A stretch of 63,627 nt of DNA, filler included, from an uncultured Myxococcia bacterium (lineage in GTDB: Bacteria > CAZTWC01), in the NCBI GenBank assembly GCA_964617105.1. It is 3 parts of 3 records of this genome, joined end to end, with 100 filler letters (N's around TTAATTAATTAA, not from the genome) between each part and the next. Parts side by side here need not be neighbours in the genome. Positions count along the whole stretch, not along the records: positions 1 to 24,504 come from CAZTWC010000020.1; 2 more parts are not named here. The stretch is one strand, 5' to 3'. A model generated the notes under the pieces. That model was given only the letters and a program-made list of their open reading frames with translations. It was not told where the DNA came from and did no database searches. The translations under genes were made by a program, and so were the position numbers. Position 1 is the first letter of the stretch, and each line of letters starts with the position of its first letter. This document shows, in pieces, positions 1 to 10,792 of this stretch.

Positions 1-1
1 T

Positions 2-3000
2 CCCAGCGATGACCCCAGCACTCCAGCCCCGGATGATCCCACCTCCTTTATCGTCCAATCCGCTGCGGTCCTCACAGTTTTCAAAGAGGCCCGCGATTTA
101 AATGGTGGTGATCTACGACCCAACGACCAGGTGGAATATACCATAACTATGGAAAACCTGGGTACTGGTCCCGCCCGGGAACTACAGATATCTGACCGCA
201 TATCTCCACACCTGACCGGGGTTAAAACCAGCCCCGGAGGAAATCTGGTGGGCAATACTCTCAACTTTAAGGTGCCCATGCTGCAGGTGGGTGACAAAAT
301 AAAATTGGTCTATACCGCCGCCATCTCACCGGCAGTAGTGGAAGGCACTGCTATCAGCAATCAGGCAGAGATTACTGGACTCGGTTTTTCCGGGACTATG
401 CTGAGCGATGACCCGGCCACTGCCGCCCCCAGAGATCCTACAGTGATCACAGTGCGGAAACAGGCTGTGCTGGAAGCCTATAAACAGGTGGAGAACCTCT
501 CTCTGCCTGGAGGCGGAGATATCTTTCGGCCTTTAGACAACATCAAATACACCATCACCCTGGTTAACAGCGGCAGCCTGGCGGCCCAGGATATTTTTAT
601 CCAGGATCTCATACCTCAATCTTTTCTGGAAGATATTGTCCCTTCCAACCCCGGGCTTTACACCAACGGCAAAGTAACCTGGCAAAAGGCGGAACTAAAA
701 GCGGGCCAGGCAATAAAATATACTATCCAGGCAAAAATCAAGGCCGGAGTGGCCGATGAAACCCAGGTTAGCAACCAGGCCTTGTTCACCAGAAATAACA
801 GCAGCCAGACACTCTATTCCGATGATCCAGCCACCACCCTGGAGGGCGACCCCACTCTGTTTACAGTTACCGCCAAAGCGGAGTTAAAACCATTTTACAA
901 AGAGGTTAAAAACCTGAGCCGCCAGGATGGAACTTTTCAGCCCTCGGACCAGGTGGAATATACTATCTCTATTACCAACAACGGATTGGGACTGGCTGAG
1001 AATATCGTGGTATCCGACCAGATTGATACTGCCGCCCTGGAAAAAATAGAGGTGTTAGACCAGGGCAGTTTCGACCAGAATAAAATTACCTGGAATCCTC
1101 AAAATCAGCCCCTGCTGGCTAAACTGCTGCCGGGAAAAAGTATTAAACTAAAATTTAAGGCCCAAATAAAGAGTTCTATTGACCAAAGCCGCTGGGTAAA
1201 AAACCAGGCCACAGCGCAATTCGACAAGGGACCGGGCCAGATAGTCAGTGATGATCCAGCCACCCCCAATCTTGCCGATGATTCCACTAATTTCAGGATT
1301 GTGGTTGGTCCAGACCTGGCTTTTTCCTTCAAATTAGCCCAGGACAACGAGGGTAACAGTATAGACACAGTAACACCGGGCCAAAGATTCCGTTATGAGA
1401 TAACTGTTACCAACCAGGGGCTCGGGCAAGCCAAAAATATTTATGTAAAGGATAAGTTGCCCAAAGAGTTGGAGTTTGTCCAGGCTGACTCTGGCGGCAA
1501 GTTTGATGGCCAGAACACCGTCACCTGGGACCAAAACACTACCTCGCAGTTGAAGCAACTCTTACCCGGCAAACAGGTCTCCCTGTTGCTCCAGGTCAGG
1601 GCTACCCGTCCCCTGGACAATGGTCTGGTAATCTCCAACCAGGCCTCAATTGGGGCGGAGAATCATCCCTCCACGCCCAGCGATAATCCAGGTACTCCAC
1701 TCCAGGGAGATGCTACTCGGGTGACCGTGCTGTCAGCCCCCAAACTGAAACTGTTCAAAGGGGCCATTGATCTTAACGGCGGTATGTTCGAACCCGGAGA
1801 TCAAATTAAATACCAGATAGTGGTAATCAACTATGGCAATATGGTAGCCAAAAATGTGTTTCTCTCCGACAAATTGGATCAAAACCTGACCGATATCAAG
1901 GTGGAGCAGGGCACCTTTGATCCCTCCACCAGGACTGCCTCATGGCAAATCAACTCCCTGGGGCTAAATCCCTCTGGAAATGTAAACGTCACCCTGCTGG
2001 CCAGGATTAAAAAACCTCTGGCCGACGGTACGGTGATAGCCAACCAGGCCATGCTTAAATATCAAAACCAAAAAGAGATCCCCAGCGATGACCCTAATAC
2101 TCCGCTCAGTGATGATCCCACCCTGATCTCGGTCTATTCCCAGCCCAATCTTTCTACCAGCGAAAAGAGCGTGACTGATCCAAATGGACCGCCGGTTTCA
2201 CCGGGGGACACCCTGATATACACCATTTTACTGCGCAACAACGGCGGAGCCGCCGCCACCCAACTGGAGGTGGAAGATAAACTCAGTCCGCTGCTGCAGG
2301 ATGCTAAAGTCACTTCCGGCCAGTACAACCCCAATACCCAGCGGATCTCCTGGAGTCTGCCCAGTCTGGATAGCGGCCAGTCTACGGCTTTGACTTACAG
2401 TGCCAGGATAAAACAGGATGCAGCCGATGGGTCTATTGTAGAAAACCAGGCCTTTATCAAAAGCCGGGAGACTCCGGCCGTACCCACCGACGATCCTGCC
2501 ACCACGGCCATGGATGATCCCACCCGGGTCGAGGTAGTGGCCGGTCCCCGTTTCAACACCTCTATTAAACTGGTGCAAAACCTGACTGCAGACAGCAAAA
2601 GGGGGTACGCCCTGCCTGGAGATCTGCTGCAGTATACCATCTATGTGGAAAACAGCGGTTCGGTCAGGGCTAATCAAGTGGTCCTGCAGGACGCCATCCC
2701 GGTTGGCACCACCTATATATCCGGTTCCACCACCTTGAATAAAAATACGGTGGAGGATATTGACGGGCACTCTCCCCTGGAGGAGGGGATGAATATCAAC
2801 TCCTATCAAAAGGGGATTCCCGCTGGGGTGCTGACCCCAAAACAACCTGACAGCAACCAGCATCTGGCCCTGATAACCTTTCAGGTGATAATCGATCTGC
2901 AGGTGCGTATTGGCGCCATCATCGCCAACCAGGGGTGGATCTCCTGTAAAGAGGGGATCAGGGGAGTAACCGATGATCCCAACACTCCTATAGATGGAGA

Positions 3001-6000
3001 CCCCACTGAATTGGTAGTGGGGGGTGGACCTAATCTGCATGCTGCCATCAAGCAGGTGGAACTGGTGGAGGACAAGGGGAAAACCGGAGTGGCAGAGGTG
3101 GAGGATATCCTGGAGTATCGGGTGACTATTTACAACTCGGGCACTGCCAGCGCCGAAAATGTTACCTTAAGAGATCCCATTCCGGAAAATGCCAGTTATC
3201 AAAAAGATAGCACCTATCTGAATGGGGTCCAAAAGGCTGACCGGGATGTCTTTTTCCCTGGCCTTGACCATCAGGGCTCTATGGTGGTAAATGGAGGCAG
3301 TCTGAGGCCAGGCAAAACCATGGAGGTCAAATTTCGGGTTAGAGTAGAAGCGGGACCGCAGATCAGCAACCAGGGAATTGTTTCCAGCGACCAGTTTCAC
3401 GATGAACTCACCGATGCGGACGGTAACCAGGCCAATGGTAATCAGCCCACTGTAATCCAGGTGGGGGAAGGAGTAGAAACCTCCCTGGAGGTAAACAAGT
3501 GGGTAAACGATTTAAACGGCGGCAAAATTGCATCTGGTGATAAACTTCTATATATCATCCAGGTAAAAAACCCCAGCCAACAAGAGTTGTCAAATTTAAC
3601 CTGGCGCGACTCCATTCCCCAACTGACCAATTATCTCCCTCAAAGTCTAAAAAGCGATTCCGGAGAGATGAAATTCCTACCTCTGCCAGCGGGAAACAAC
3701 GGTCGGGGTGAATTGCTGGTGGAGAAGGTGAAGATAAAGGCCCAGGGGGAGACACAGTTCTCCTTCCTGGTGGTGATAGATGAGGATGCCCAGGCCGGAG
3801 CCCGCATCAGCAACCAGGCCCTGGTTATTGATCAACCGGGTAATCAATTCCTCTCCCCGCCTGTGGAAGTTACAGTGGGCACCATGCTGGGCAGCGCTTC
3901 CATCTCCGGACATATCTTCCATGATATGGATTACAAAGGTGAGAAGTTTGACCCCCAAACCGACCATGGCATGCAGGATTTTAGCCTTATTTTGGTAAAA
4001 CGGGGCCAGCCCTGTTCCAGCCAGAGCAAAATAATAAGCGACACTGGATACGGCGGCTCTTTCCTGATCAATGATTTGCCCCCGGGTGACTACCAGGCTT
4101 GTCTATACAGCCGCAATGCAGCAGGGCTGGTTTTGTTTGAACCGGGGTTAGATAACCGGGAAGATTTTCAGTTCAGTCTGCCCCAGGGCCAGGCTCTGAA
4201 CCAGGATTTCAAGGTGCAGGCTTCGGGCATGATCTACGACTCTCAAAAACTGAGTCCCATAAAAGGGGTGGAAATTTTTTTAAAATATGTAGGAAATGGT
4301 GGTGAAAATAACAATCTGAAGAGCAGGCTTCCCGCTGATAAATTGCTTGAAGGACAGCAAGGTCAGGTAACCGGCCGGCACGGGCTCTACAAGTTCAACC
4401 TGGAAAAGTTGCCGGGAAATTTTGCCGATTACCAAATTGAGGTAGTTCCCAGAACTCCTCTTTATAACTACCCTTCCACTCAATATCCGCCCCAGGAGGG
4501 ACACACTGTTTTCCATACCGAAAACCGGGTGGTCAGGGAACCCTGGCCAACGGTTACTTCTGCTAAAAGATACTACCTTATTTGGAGGCAAAGCCGCGGG
4601 GAGGAGAGTTTCTATAACAACCATATCCCCCTGGACCAGCGTAAAAACTTTGTTACTCTGTATAAACGGGCGGATCGGGCCGAAGTTTCAGTAGGGGAGA
4701 TTGTTACCTATACTCTTACTCTGACCAACAACTCTGGCATCGATCTTTTGCCGGAAGATGATTTGGACATCCAGATTCACGACCGTATCCCTCCTGGATT
4801 TCGCTATATTAAGTTGAGTAGTGTCAACAATTTCTATGGAGCCGCTGTCCAGCATAACCCCAAACGCCAAAGGATGCAGCCCGAGGTGGTGTTGGACTCT
4901 GAAAACCGCTTTTTATTGAAATTCGGCTACTTTGCTCTGCCCTCCAATTCCCGGATTATTATTCGCTACCAATTGGTGCCTGCCGGGATGCTCAAAAAAG
5001 GGAAATATACCAACCAGGCAGTGGTTAAACTGGAAAACAACCGGGAAATATCACCAAGAGTTTATAACCACATCAAATATATTCCCGACCCGATTTTTGA
5101 CCAGGGTTTTATCTTTGGCAAAGTGTTTTGCGATCAAAATGAAAACAGTCATCAAGACAGCGGCGAGAGGGTTGTCTCCTTTGCCAGGATTTTCATAGAC
5201 AGCGGCTATTACGCTCAGGTGGATAGTTTTGGCAAATTTCATTTCCGCGGAGTTCCTCCGGGAATGCATGCCGTAAAAATCGATAAACAGAGCCTGCTGC
5301 CCAACCTGGGTCTGACCAGTGACGAAACCCGGCTGGTTTACATCAGCCGCGGATTACCGGCCAAGGTAAATTTCGGAGTTAAGTGCAATACCCAAAAGAG
5401 CGGAGCCGACTATTATAAGCCTCCGCCAGAACCTCCGCTGCCCCCGGAAAAGAAAAAACTACAGATAAAATACCAACCAAAAAAGGGGATGGTGGAGATC
5501 CACGACCTGGCCAGAGAAAAGAAATACAAACTCTCAATGCCAAAACTTTTCTGCCAGGTCAACCCCAAAGGCTTCAAATGGAAAACGCTGAAAGCTCCGC
5601 CCGGCCAGGCTGGTTTGAAAATTAGAAAAACCGCTAAACCTCTGGATAGCAAATCGATTTTATGGCAATTGCTCCAACCGCTGGAAATTCAATGCCGCCT
5701 GCAGGACCAACAAAAACTTTTGGCAGCAACCAATCGCAAAAATAGGAGCCGATGGCTTCTGCAAGTAAGAAACACAAAAGATAAATTAATCCACCAATTA
5801 AAGGGCCAGGGACCTCTGCCCAAAAAAATAACCTGGAACGGCTGGCATAGCAGAAACTTTGTGCTCAACCCTAATCGAGTTTACTTTTTACAGATGACTT
5901 TCCAGAGCCGCCGGGGAAAAGTGATTTCTCCCCTTGCTCCGTTAGCAACCTTTGCTTTGCCTCCAAAAAAAGGGGTGGAAAGTATCATTTCCCTTGACCA

Positions 6001-9000
6001 TGCTTTTGACCAGAATAGCAACAAACCTTTGCCTCGATTCAAAGCTCAACTGCAGAAACTCTTTGCAACTGCAACCTTTTTTAAACCGGTTAAAATCACT
6101 CTGACTGCCCATTCAGACAACCGGGGCAAAAAAGTTGAAAACCTGCTAAAAACTCAAATGATGGCCACCCGGATAAAAGAACTTCTGGTTCAGATGGGGA
6201 TCTCCAAAAGTGAACATATCACAGCCCGGGGTGAGGGTGAGCAATCTCCTATTGCCCCAAACAATTCTTCCCGCAACCGGGCCAAAAACCGGCGGCTGGA
6301 GATAGAAACTACCTTTCCGCTTCAACCGGAATTCCTTACCCCCTCTATGCCAGAATCTCTTTCTAAACAGCAACCATCCCTGGTGATAACACCGGTTAAA
6401 ACCGCAAAAAATATCCCCGGCCAAAAGGGCAAAACTTTAACGCCGTCAAAGTCAGACCAGGCATTTAGCACCAGTCTGCCCCTTACTTACCAAAAGATCA
6501 TTATTAACACCAAAAACCATCAAGGCGGCGCCACCCAACTATACTTTATCCCTCCGCCCCAAAAGAAAAAAAAGTCCCGAATTAAAAATTATAATCTCCC
6601 CTTTATAGTAGAAATGGTTCCAGATGGAGCCAAAGTAAACCTGGAGTACCTGCCCATCCGGGGCCATACCAGTCCCAAAAACCAGGTGTCAATAAACGGC
6701 CAAACCATAAAAGTAGAAAAAAACGGCGATTACAGCACCCAGGTCAAGTTGAAAACAGGAAAAAATCTAATCCGCCTGGAAGTTAAAGATAAAGCCGGTT
6801 ACCAGGGGATCCTGGAGCGACGGGTTTTCTATGACCCCAACCGGTTTTTCCTGTTGGCCATGGCCGAAGGGGCGGTAGCCCAATCCACCGCCAATTTGGA
6901 TGGTTTCACTACCTCTTCAACCTATCGTTATAATCTGGTAGACAATAAAAACTACCAGCAACAGTTGCTCTTACACGGCCGTGGGACTTTTTACCTGAAA
7001 GCCAAAGTAAAACCAGAGCAGTATTTTGAAGATGTGGATATTACCGCCCATTTTGATAGCCAAAAGCAGCGGCAACAGAATTTCATCGAACAGATAATCG
7101 ACCCGGAACGCTATTTTCCAGTATATGGCGATGCCAGCGAAGAAGTGGAGGATGTTAAGGCCGCCGATAAACTCTTTCTCAAGGTGGCGGCCGATGACTC
7201 TACCTTGCTGGTAGGCAACTATCAGGCTGATTTCAGCGGTGACCTGGTGGGTTACAACCGGGCTTTTTACGGTTTGAAAACCGATTTAAGCCGCAATTTT
7301 GCCCAACATTACCATACCCACCTGAAAACCTTTGCCAGCCATGGTCAGGCGGGATTAGCCCACCGGCAAGTGGTGCTCCAGGGTACGGGCGGCTCACTAT
7401 ATTACCTGCAGGATCGAAATATCAGCCAGGGAAGCGAAACCGTAAAATTAGTTGTTCGCCACCGGGATTCCGGAATTCTGCTGAGCGCCAGACCTCTGCA
7501 GAAAAATATGGACTATACCTTTGACTATATTAGTGGCTGGCTGCTCTTGACCAACCCGCTCCCCTCGGTGGATGGCTCCGGTGCTCTGCCAGGTGGTGGT
7601 GCAGCGGCCAGCGGCAACCCCATTTTTCTGGAGATAGATTACGACTACCGCCAGCAAGAGGGGATGGAGGAACGTTCCTGGGGAGTTCAATTACGAGAAA
7701 CCCTATTTAAACAACTGACCCTTGGAACCACTTATATCGCTGATGGCAACAACGGACGCAAGGGAGGCAAAAATACGATTTGGGGAGTCGACCTTAAATA
7801 TCAGCCCTTTGAAGAAACATATCTCAAGGCAGAGTTCGCCCGCAGCCTGGCTAATGAAAACCAGAGTTTGATAAGCACTGACGGCGGTCTTACCTATCAC
7901 CATTCCCGGTTCAACCTCTCCCGGCACGGCACTGGTATTAAACTGGATAGAGGCAATGCTTTCCGTCTGGAGATGGGCGGAGATGTGGAAGAATTACTGG
8001 CCTGGTACAGCCCCAAAAAGGCAAAGAGCAAAGGCAAGGACAAGGGCAAGAAACAAAATTTTCTAAAATACCACGGCTATTATCACTTTCAATCACCCGG
8101 ATTTTACTCTGCTGCTACTCCCATGGAGCAGGGTCAGGAAAAATTTGGCGGTATGCTCCACTATTTTTGGGGCCGCCACCAGTTTATGCTCAATCACAGC
8201 GGAGTGTGGTCAAAAGTTCCCGAACAGGTGGTGGATGCTACTAATCCCCAGGGCTCCCGCTGGCTTTACCGGCGCTTAGAAAATCAAATTTCAACTTTTA
8301 AATACTTGTATAAAACAGATGAGATGGCAGCTGCCTTTGATTATATGCACGCCTTTAACCGGGACAATATGATTCATGGCTCCAGACTTTCAGATGCCGC
8401 CGCTGTCCGGCTTGATTATATCTACAACCAGGACTTAAAAGGTTATATCAAACAAGAAGGGGTGCTGCAAAAAGATAGGGTTTCCCACCGTTCTCCCTGG
8501 GACCAGGCCTCCACTTCGCTGGGACTGGACTATAGATTGCCTGACCGCCTGGGCGATTTTCTCAGCCTCAACCTGAATGAATACCTGCGCTGGTCCGGAG
8601 ATAACTCCACCGCTTTGGGCCTTAAAACCAAACTGGAGGGGAGCACCTTTTACGTAAACCAGCGTTTTAACCGCTACCTGGGACAGGATAGCACCACCAC
8701 CGTGTTGGGCGCTCAAAACGATATCCCCACCAATGGTTTAGGCCAAAGCAGCGCCTATGGTGAATACGAGTTTGAAGGGGGTCTCCAAGGTAAACACTCC
8801 AGGATGATCATGGGGATGAACAACCGCTGGAAGATCACCCGGGGACTGTTTTTTAATCTTTTTTACGAACGCACCCAGGTCACTGATCAGGGGAAAAGCA
8901 CTTTTAACTCTTTTAATCCGGCTTTGTACAGCGCCACTAACAGCAATTTAAATCCAGCCATTTACAGTGCCGCTAACAACGATTTTTTAGATGAGGGCTC

Positions 9001-9787
9001 CCGGGATGCAGTCTCCTTTGGGGTAGAATATTTGGCTAAAGATTATATCAAAGCCGGGGGCAAATACGAGTTCCGTTACCATAATCGGGATGAGAGCAAA
9101 CCCCAGCACTTTGATTACTACCAGTTTACAACCCTGAACACTCTGGGAATCCAGGTTAGCCGGGATTTAACCTTCCTGTTCAGATTAAACTACGCTCAAA
9201 CCAGAAATGTCACTGAAAAATGGGACCAGGCCAAAAACCTGGAAACCAGCGTCGGATTGGCTTTGCGTCCAGTCAACTACGACTGGGCCAACCTGGTAGC
9301 CAAATACTCCCGTCTTATCTCCCTGCGGCCGATAAGCCTGGAAAATCAACTGAAGCAAAAAAGCGTCAGCGATATTTTTACCGTAATGCCGGTGTTTGAA
9401 CTACCAATGAGATTGCAGTTGGTGGAAAAGGTGGCAATAAAACTGGTGCAGGAGCAATATGAAGATTTGCCTGGAGCTAAAAACGTGGTGGTTTTATGGA
9501 TCAACCGGCTAAACTTTCACCTTACCGATTTTATCGATTTGGGCACCGAATACAGGCTGCTGCGCCAGAGTTGGGGCTCCAATATCCCTATGGGAGAGCT
9601 CTTTAAAAGCAAAAAAGGAAAAAGTTCTATTGTTGAAAGCGGTTTTCTATTTGAGTTGGCTTTTTTGCCGGTGAAATATTTGAGCCTGGGAATCGGATAC
9701 AATTTCACCTCTTTTAACGACAATGAATACCAGGATGTCAACCGTGATGCCTCGGGGATGTTCTTCCGGATGGTGGGCAAGTACTAA
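2..9787 (+). CDS. Giant surface protein (5' partial, >3260 aa): tandem DUF11 repeats, SdrD-B-like and FlgD-Ig-like domains, OmpA-like peptidoglycan-binding domain, C-terminal outer-membrane beta-barrel
   Basis: Frame is open from base 2 (PSDDPSTPAPDDPT...). Repeated ~130-150 aa modules K..(V/L)xYTI..N.G..A..D..NQA..SDDPxT..DPT. OmpA motifs HSDNRG and RGEGE..PIAPN..RAKNRRLEI. Amphipathic beta-strands end in ...FFRMVGKY. Confidence 0.85.
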   Translation, partial: PSDDPSTPAPDDPTSFIVQSAAVLTVFKEARDLNGGDLRPNDQVEYTITMENLGTGPARELQISDRISPHLTGVKTSPGGNLVGNTLNFKVPMLQVGDKIKLVYTAAISPAVVEGTAISNQAEITGLGFSGTMLSDDPATAAPRDPTVITVRKQAVLEAYKQVENLSLPGGGDIFRPLDNIKYTITLVNSGSLAAQDIFIQDLIPQSFLEDIVPSNPGLYTNGKVTWQKAELKAGQAIKYTIQAKIKAGVADETQVSNQALFTRNNSSQTLYSDDPATTLEGDPTLFTVTAKAELKPFYKEVKNLSRQDGTFQPSDQVEYTISITNNGLGLAENIVVSDQIDTAALEKIEVLDQGSFDQNKITWNPQNQPLLAKLLPGKSIKLKFKAQIKSSIDQSRWVKNQATAQFDKGPGQIVSDDPATPNLADDSTNFRIVVGPDLAFSFKLAQDNEGNSIDTVTPGQRFRYEITVTNQGLGQAKNIYVKDKLPKELEFVQADSGGKFDGQNTVTWDQNTTSQLKQLLPGKQVSLLLQVRATRPLDNGLVISNQASIGAENHPSTPSDNPGTPLQGDATRVTVLSAPKLKLFKGAIDLNGGMFEPGDQIKYQIVVINYGNMVAKNVFLSDKLDQNLTDIKVEQGTFDPSTRTASWQINSLGLNPSGNVNVTLLARIKKPLADGTVIANQAMLKYQNQKEIPSDDPNTPLSDDPTLISVYSQPNLSTSEKSVTDPNGPPVSPGDTLIYTILLRNNGGAAATQLEVEDKLSPLLQDAKVTSGQYNPNTQRISWSLPSLDSGQSTALTYSARIKQDAADGSIVENQAFIKSRETPAVPTDDPATTAMDDPTRVEVVAGPRFNTSIKLVQNLTADSKRGYALPGDLLQYTIYVENSGSVRANQVVLQDAIPVGTTYISGSTTLNKNTVEDIDGHSPLEEGMNINSYQKGIPAGVLTPKQPDSNQHLALITFQVIIDLQVRIGAIIANQGWISCKEGIRGVTDDPNTPIDGDPTELVVGGGPNLHAAIKQVELVEDKGKTGVAEVEDILEYRVTIYNSGTASAENVTLRDPIPENASYQKDSTYLNGVQKADRDVFFPGLDHQGSMVVNGGSLRPGKTMEVKFRVRVEAGPQISNQGIVSSDQFHDELTDADGNQANGNQPTVIQVGEGVETSLEVNKWVNDLNGGKIASGDKLLYIIQVKNPSQQELSNLTWRDSIPQLTNYLPQSLKSDSGEMKFLPLPAGNNGRGELLVEKVKIKAQGETQFSFLVVIDEDAQAGARISNQALVIDQPGNQFLSPPVEVTVGTMLGSASISGHIFHDMDYKGEKFDPQTDHGMQDFSLILVKRGQPCSSQSKIISDTGYGGSFLINDLPPGDYQACLYSRNAAGLVLFEPGLDNREDFQFSLPQGQALNQDFKVQASGMIYDSQKLSPIKGVEIFLKYVGNGGENNNLKSRLPADKLLEGQQGQVTGRHGLYKFNLEKLPGNFADYQIEVVPRTPLYNYPSTQYPPQEGHTVFHTENRVVREPWPTVTSAKRYYLIWRQSRGEESFYNNHIPLDQRKNFVTLYKRADRAEVSVGEIVTYTLTLTNNSGIDLLPEDDLDIQIHDRIPPGFRYIKLSSVNNFYGAAVQHNPKRQRMQPEVVLDSENRFLLKFGYFALPSNSRIIIRYQLVPAGMLKKGKYTNQAVVKLENNREISPRVYNHIKYIPDPIFDQGFIFGKVFCDQNENSHQDSGERVVSFARIFIDSGYYAQVDSFGKFHFRGVPPGMHAVKIDKQSLLPNLGLTSDETRLVYISRGLPAKVNFGVKCNTQKSGADYYKPPPEPPLPPEKKKLQIKYQPKKGMVEIHDLAREKKYKLSMPKLFCQVNPKGFKWKTLKAPPGQAGLKIRKTAKPLDSKSILWQLLQPLEIQCRLQDQQKLLAATNRKNRSRWLLQVRNTKDKLIHQLKGQGPLPKKITWNGWHSRNFVLNPNRVYFLQMTFQSRRGKVISPLAPLATFALPPKKGVESIISLDHAFDQNSNKPLPRFKAQLQKLFATATFFKPVKITLTAHSDNRGKKVENLLKTQMMATRIKELLVQMGISKSEHITARGEGEQSPIAPNNSSRNRAKNRRLEIETTFPLQPEFLTPSMPESLSKQQPSLVITPVKTAKNIPGQKGKTLTPSKSDQAFSTSLPLTYQKIIINTKNHQGGATQLYFIPPPQKKKKSRIKNYNLPFIVEMVPDGAKVNLEYLPIRGHTSPKNQVSINGQTIKVEKNGDYSTQVKLKTGKNLIRLEVKDKAGYQGILERRVFYDPNRFFLLAMAEGAVAQSTANLDGFTTSSTYRYNLVDNKNYQQQLLLHGRGTFYLKAKVKPEQYFEDVDITAHFDSQKQRQQNFIEQIIDPERYFPVYGDASEEVEDVKAADKLFLKVAADDSTLLVGNYQADFSGDLVGYNRAFYGLKTDLSRNFAQHYHTHLKTFASHGQAGLAHRQVVLQGTGGSLYYLQDRNISQGSETVKLVVRHRDSGILLSARPLQKNMDYTFDYISGWLLLTNPLPSVDGSGALPGGGAAASGNPIFLEIDYDYRQQEGMEERSWGVQLRETLFKQLTLGTTYIADGNNGRKGGKNTIWGVDLKYQPFEETYLKAEFARSLANENQSLISTDGGLTYHHSRFNLSRHGTGIKLDRGNAFRLEMGGDVEELLAWYSPKKAKSKGKDKGKKQNFLKYHGYYHFQSPGFYSAATPMEQGQEKFGGMLHYFWGRHQFMLNHSGVWSKVPEQVVDATNPQGSRWLYRRLENQISTFKYLYKTDEMAAAFDYMHAFNRDNMIHGSRLSDAAAVRLDYIYNQDLKGYIKQEGVLQKDRVSHRSPWDQASTSLGLDYRLPDRLGDFLSLNLNEYLRWSGDNSTALGLKTKLEGSTFYVNQRFNRYLGQDSTTTVLGAQNDIPTNGLGQSSAYGEYEFEGGLQGKHSRMIMGMNNRWKITRGLFFNLFYERTQVTDQGKSTFNSFNPALYSATNSNLNPAIYSAANNDFLDEGSRDAVSFGVEYLAKDYIKAGGKYEFRYHNRDESKPQHFDYYQFTTLNTLGIQVSRDLTFLFRLNYAQTRNVTEKWDQAKNLETSVGLALRPVNYDWANLVAKYSRLISLRPISLENQLKQKSVSDIFTVMPVFELPMRLQLVEKVAIKLVQEQYEDLPGAKNVVVLWINRLNFHLTDFIDLGTEYRLLRQSWGSNIPMGELFKSKKGKSSIVESGFLFELAFLPVKYLSLGIGYNFTSFNDNEYQDVNRDASGMFFRMVGKY

Positions 9788-9811
9788 CCTGGTTCCCGTC
9801 CGAGAATTCAC

Positions 9812-10771
9812 CTAAGAACGCATACAAAAATAAACCTTATTTTCGCCGGTTTGGGGGCAGGGCATTTTTTGGCGGCTGAGAACCCCCTCTTTGCTCTTTT
9901 GGTCAAGAAAATGCTTCACCACTTTTAGCTCAATATCAAACACTTGAGAGAGTTCACGGGCGGTGCAGGGACGCCGTTTCAAGGTTGTCAGCAACTGTTG
10001 GCCAAACTCCATCTCTTTGCTCTGACCCTGATGAGTGTAACTGGACACTACCACCTTAGCTTGTGGGCCTATCAATTCAGCAAACCTACCAAGACTCTGG
10101 TTGGAGACCGGATAAGCAGACCGATAAGCAGGCGGGCGGGTAACCGTATTGATTTGCACCTGAAGACACTCTAATTGAGAGATAAACTCCTGCAGCCGTC
10201 TCATCTCCTCCTGGCTATCATTAATTCCCCGAGCCAGCAACACCTCCAGAAACAGTTTTCCCTCAAACTGGCGGGAAAATTCAATAAGTCCTGCTTTTAA
10301 TTGCTGAAGATCCACATCTTGATGGGGCTGATTAATCTTCTGAAAAGCATCCTGGCTGACGGCGTCCAGAGAGGGAGCCACCACATCAAAAGCCTGACAC
10401 TCCTTCTGCACATCTTTCAGGTGGAACAAAGAACCATTGGTGAGCAGGGCCAGGGGAATAGGGGTTATGGTTTTTATCTCCCGGGCCAGTTTTTCCAACT
10501 GCAAATTCAAGGTGGGCTCACCTGACCCGGTTACAGTGATATAATCCACTTTACCGGAAAAATTTTTTAAAAAGTGTTTTAATTCCGCCAATATCTCCTC
10601 TGGAGGATAAAACTCCCGGCGTTGGCTGGTAAGTTGAGTGGTCGAACCGCATTCACAATAAAGGCAATCAAAAGAACAAATTTTAAAGGGGATTATATCA
10701 ACTCCCAGAGAGGAACCCAGCCGTCTGGATCCCACCGGGCCGAACAGATATTTGTAAGTTGATGATGCCAT
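9812..10771 (-). CDS. Radical SAM protein (TYW1-related bacterial family)
   Basis: CSFDCLYC motif; FGPVGSRRLGSSLGVD N-terminus; GSGEPTL. Confidence 0.85.
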   Translation of the reverse strand: MASSTYKYLFGPVGSRRLGSSLGVDIIPFKICSFDCLYCECGSTTQLTSQRREFYPPEEILAELKHFLKNFSGKVDYITVTGSGEPTLNLQLEKLAREIKTITPIPLALLTNGSLFHLKDVQKECQAFDVVAPSLDAVSQDAFQKINQPHQDVDLQQLKAGLIEFSRQFEGKLFLEVLLARGINDSQEEMRRLQEFISQLECLQVQINTVTRPPAYRSAYPVSNQSLGRFAELIGPQAKVVVSSYTHQGQSKEMEFGQQLLTTLKRRPCTARELSQVFDIELKVVKHFLDQKSKEGVLSRQKMPCPQTGENKVYFCMRS

Positions 10772-10792
10772 TTGAAGAGTTGAAGTTTATGG

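Noticed and set aside
2228-3040. Long antisense ORFs (2228-3040, 39901-40479, 42565-43137, 55120-55701)
   Set aside because: Shadows of well-supported opposite-strand genes with no motifs of their own
8905-8980. Short duplicated peptide NPALYSATN / NPAIYSAAN in the barrel region
   Set aside because: Ordinary loop duplication with no independent function evident
9800-9812. CCGAGAATTCAC shared with the dnaK leader (~38470)
   Set aside because: A single 12-mer match is expected by chance in 63 kb
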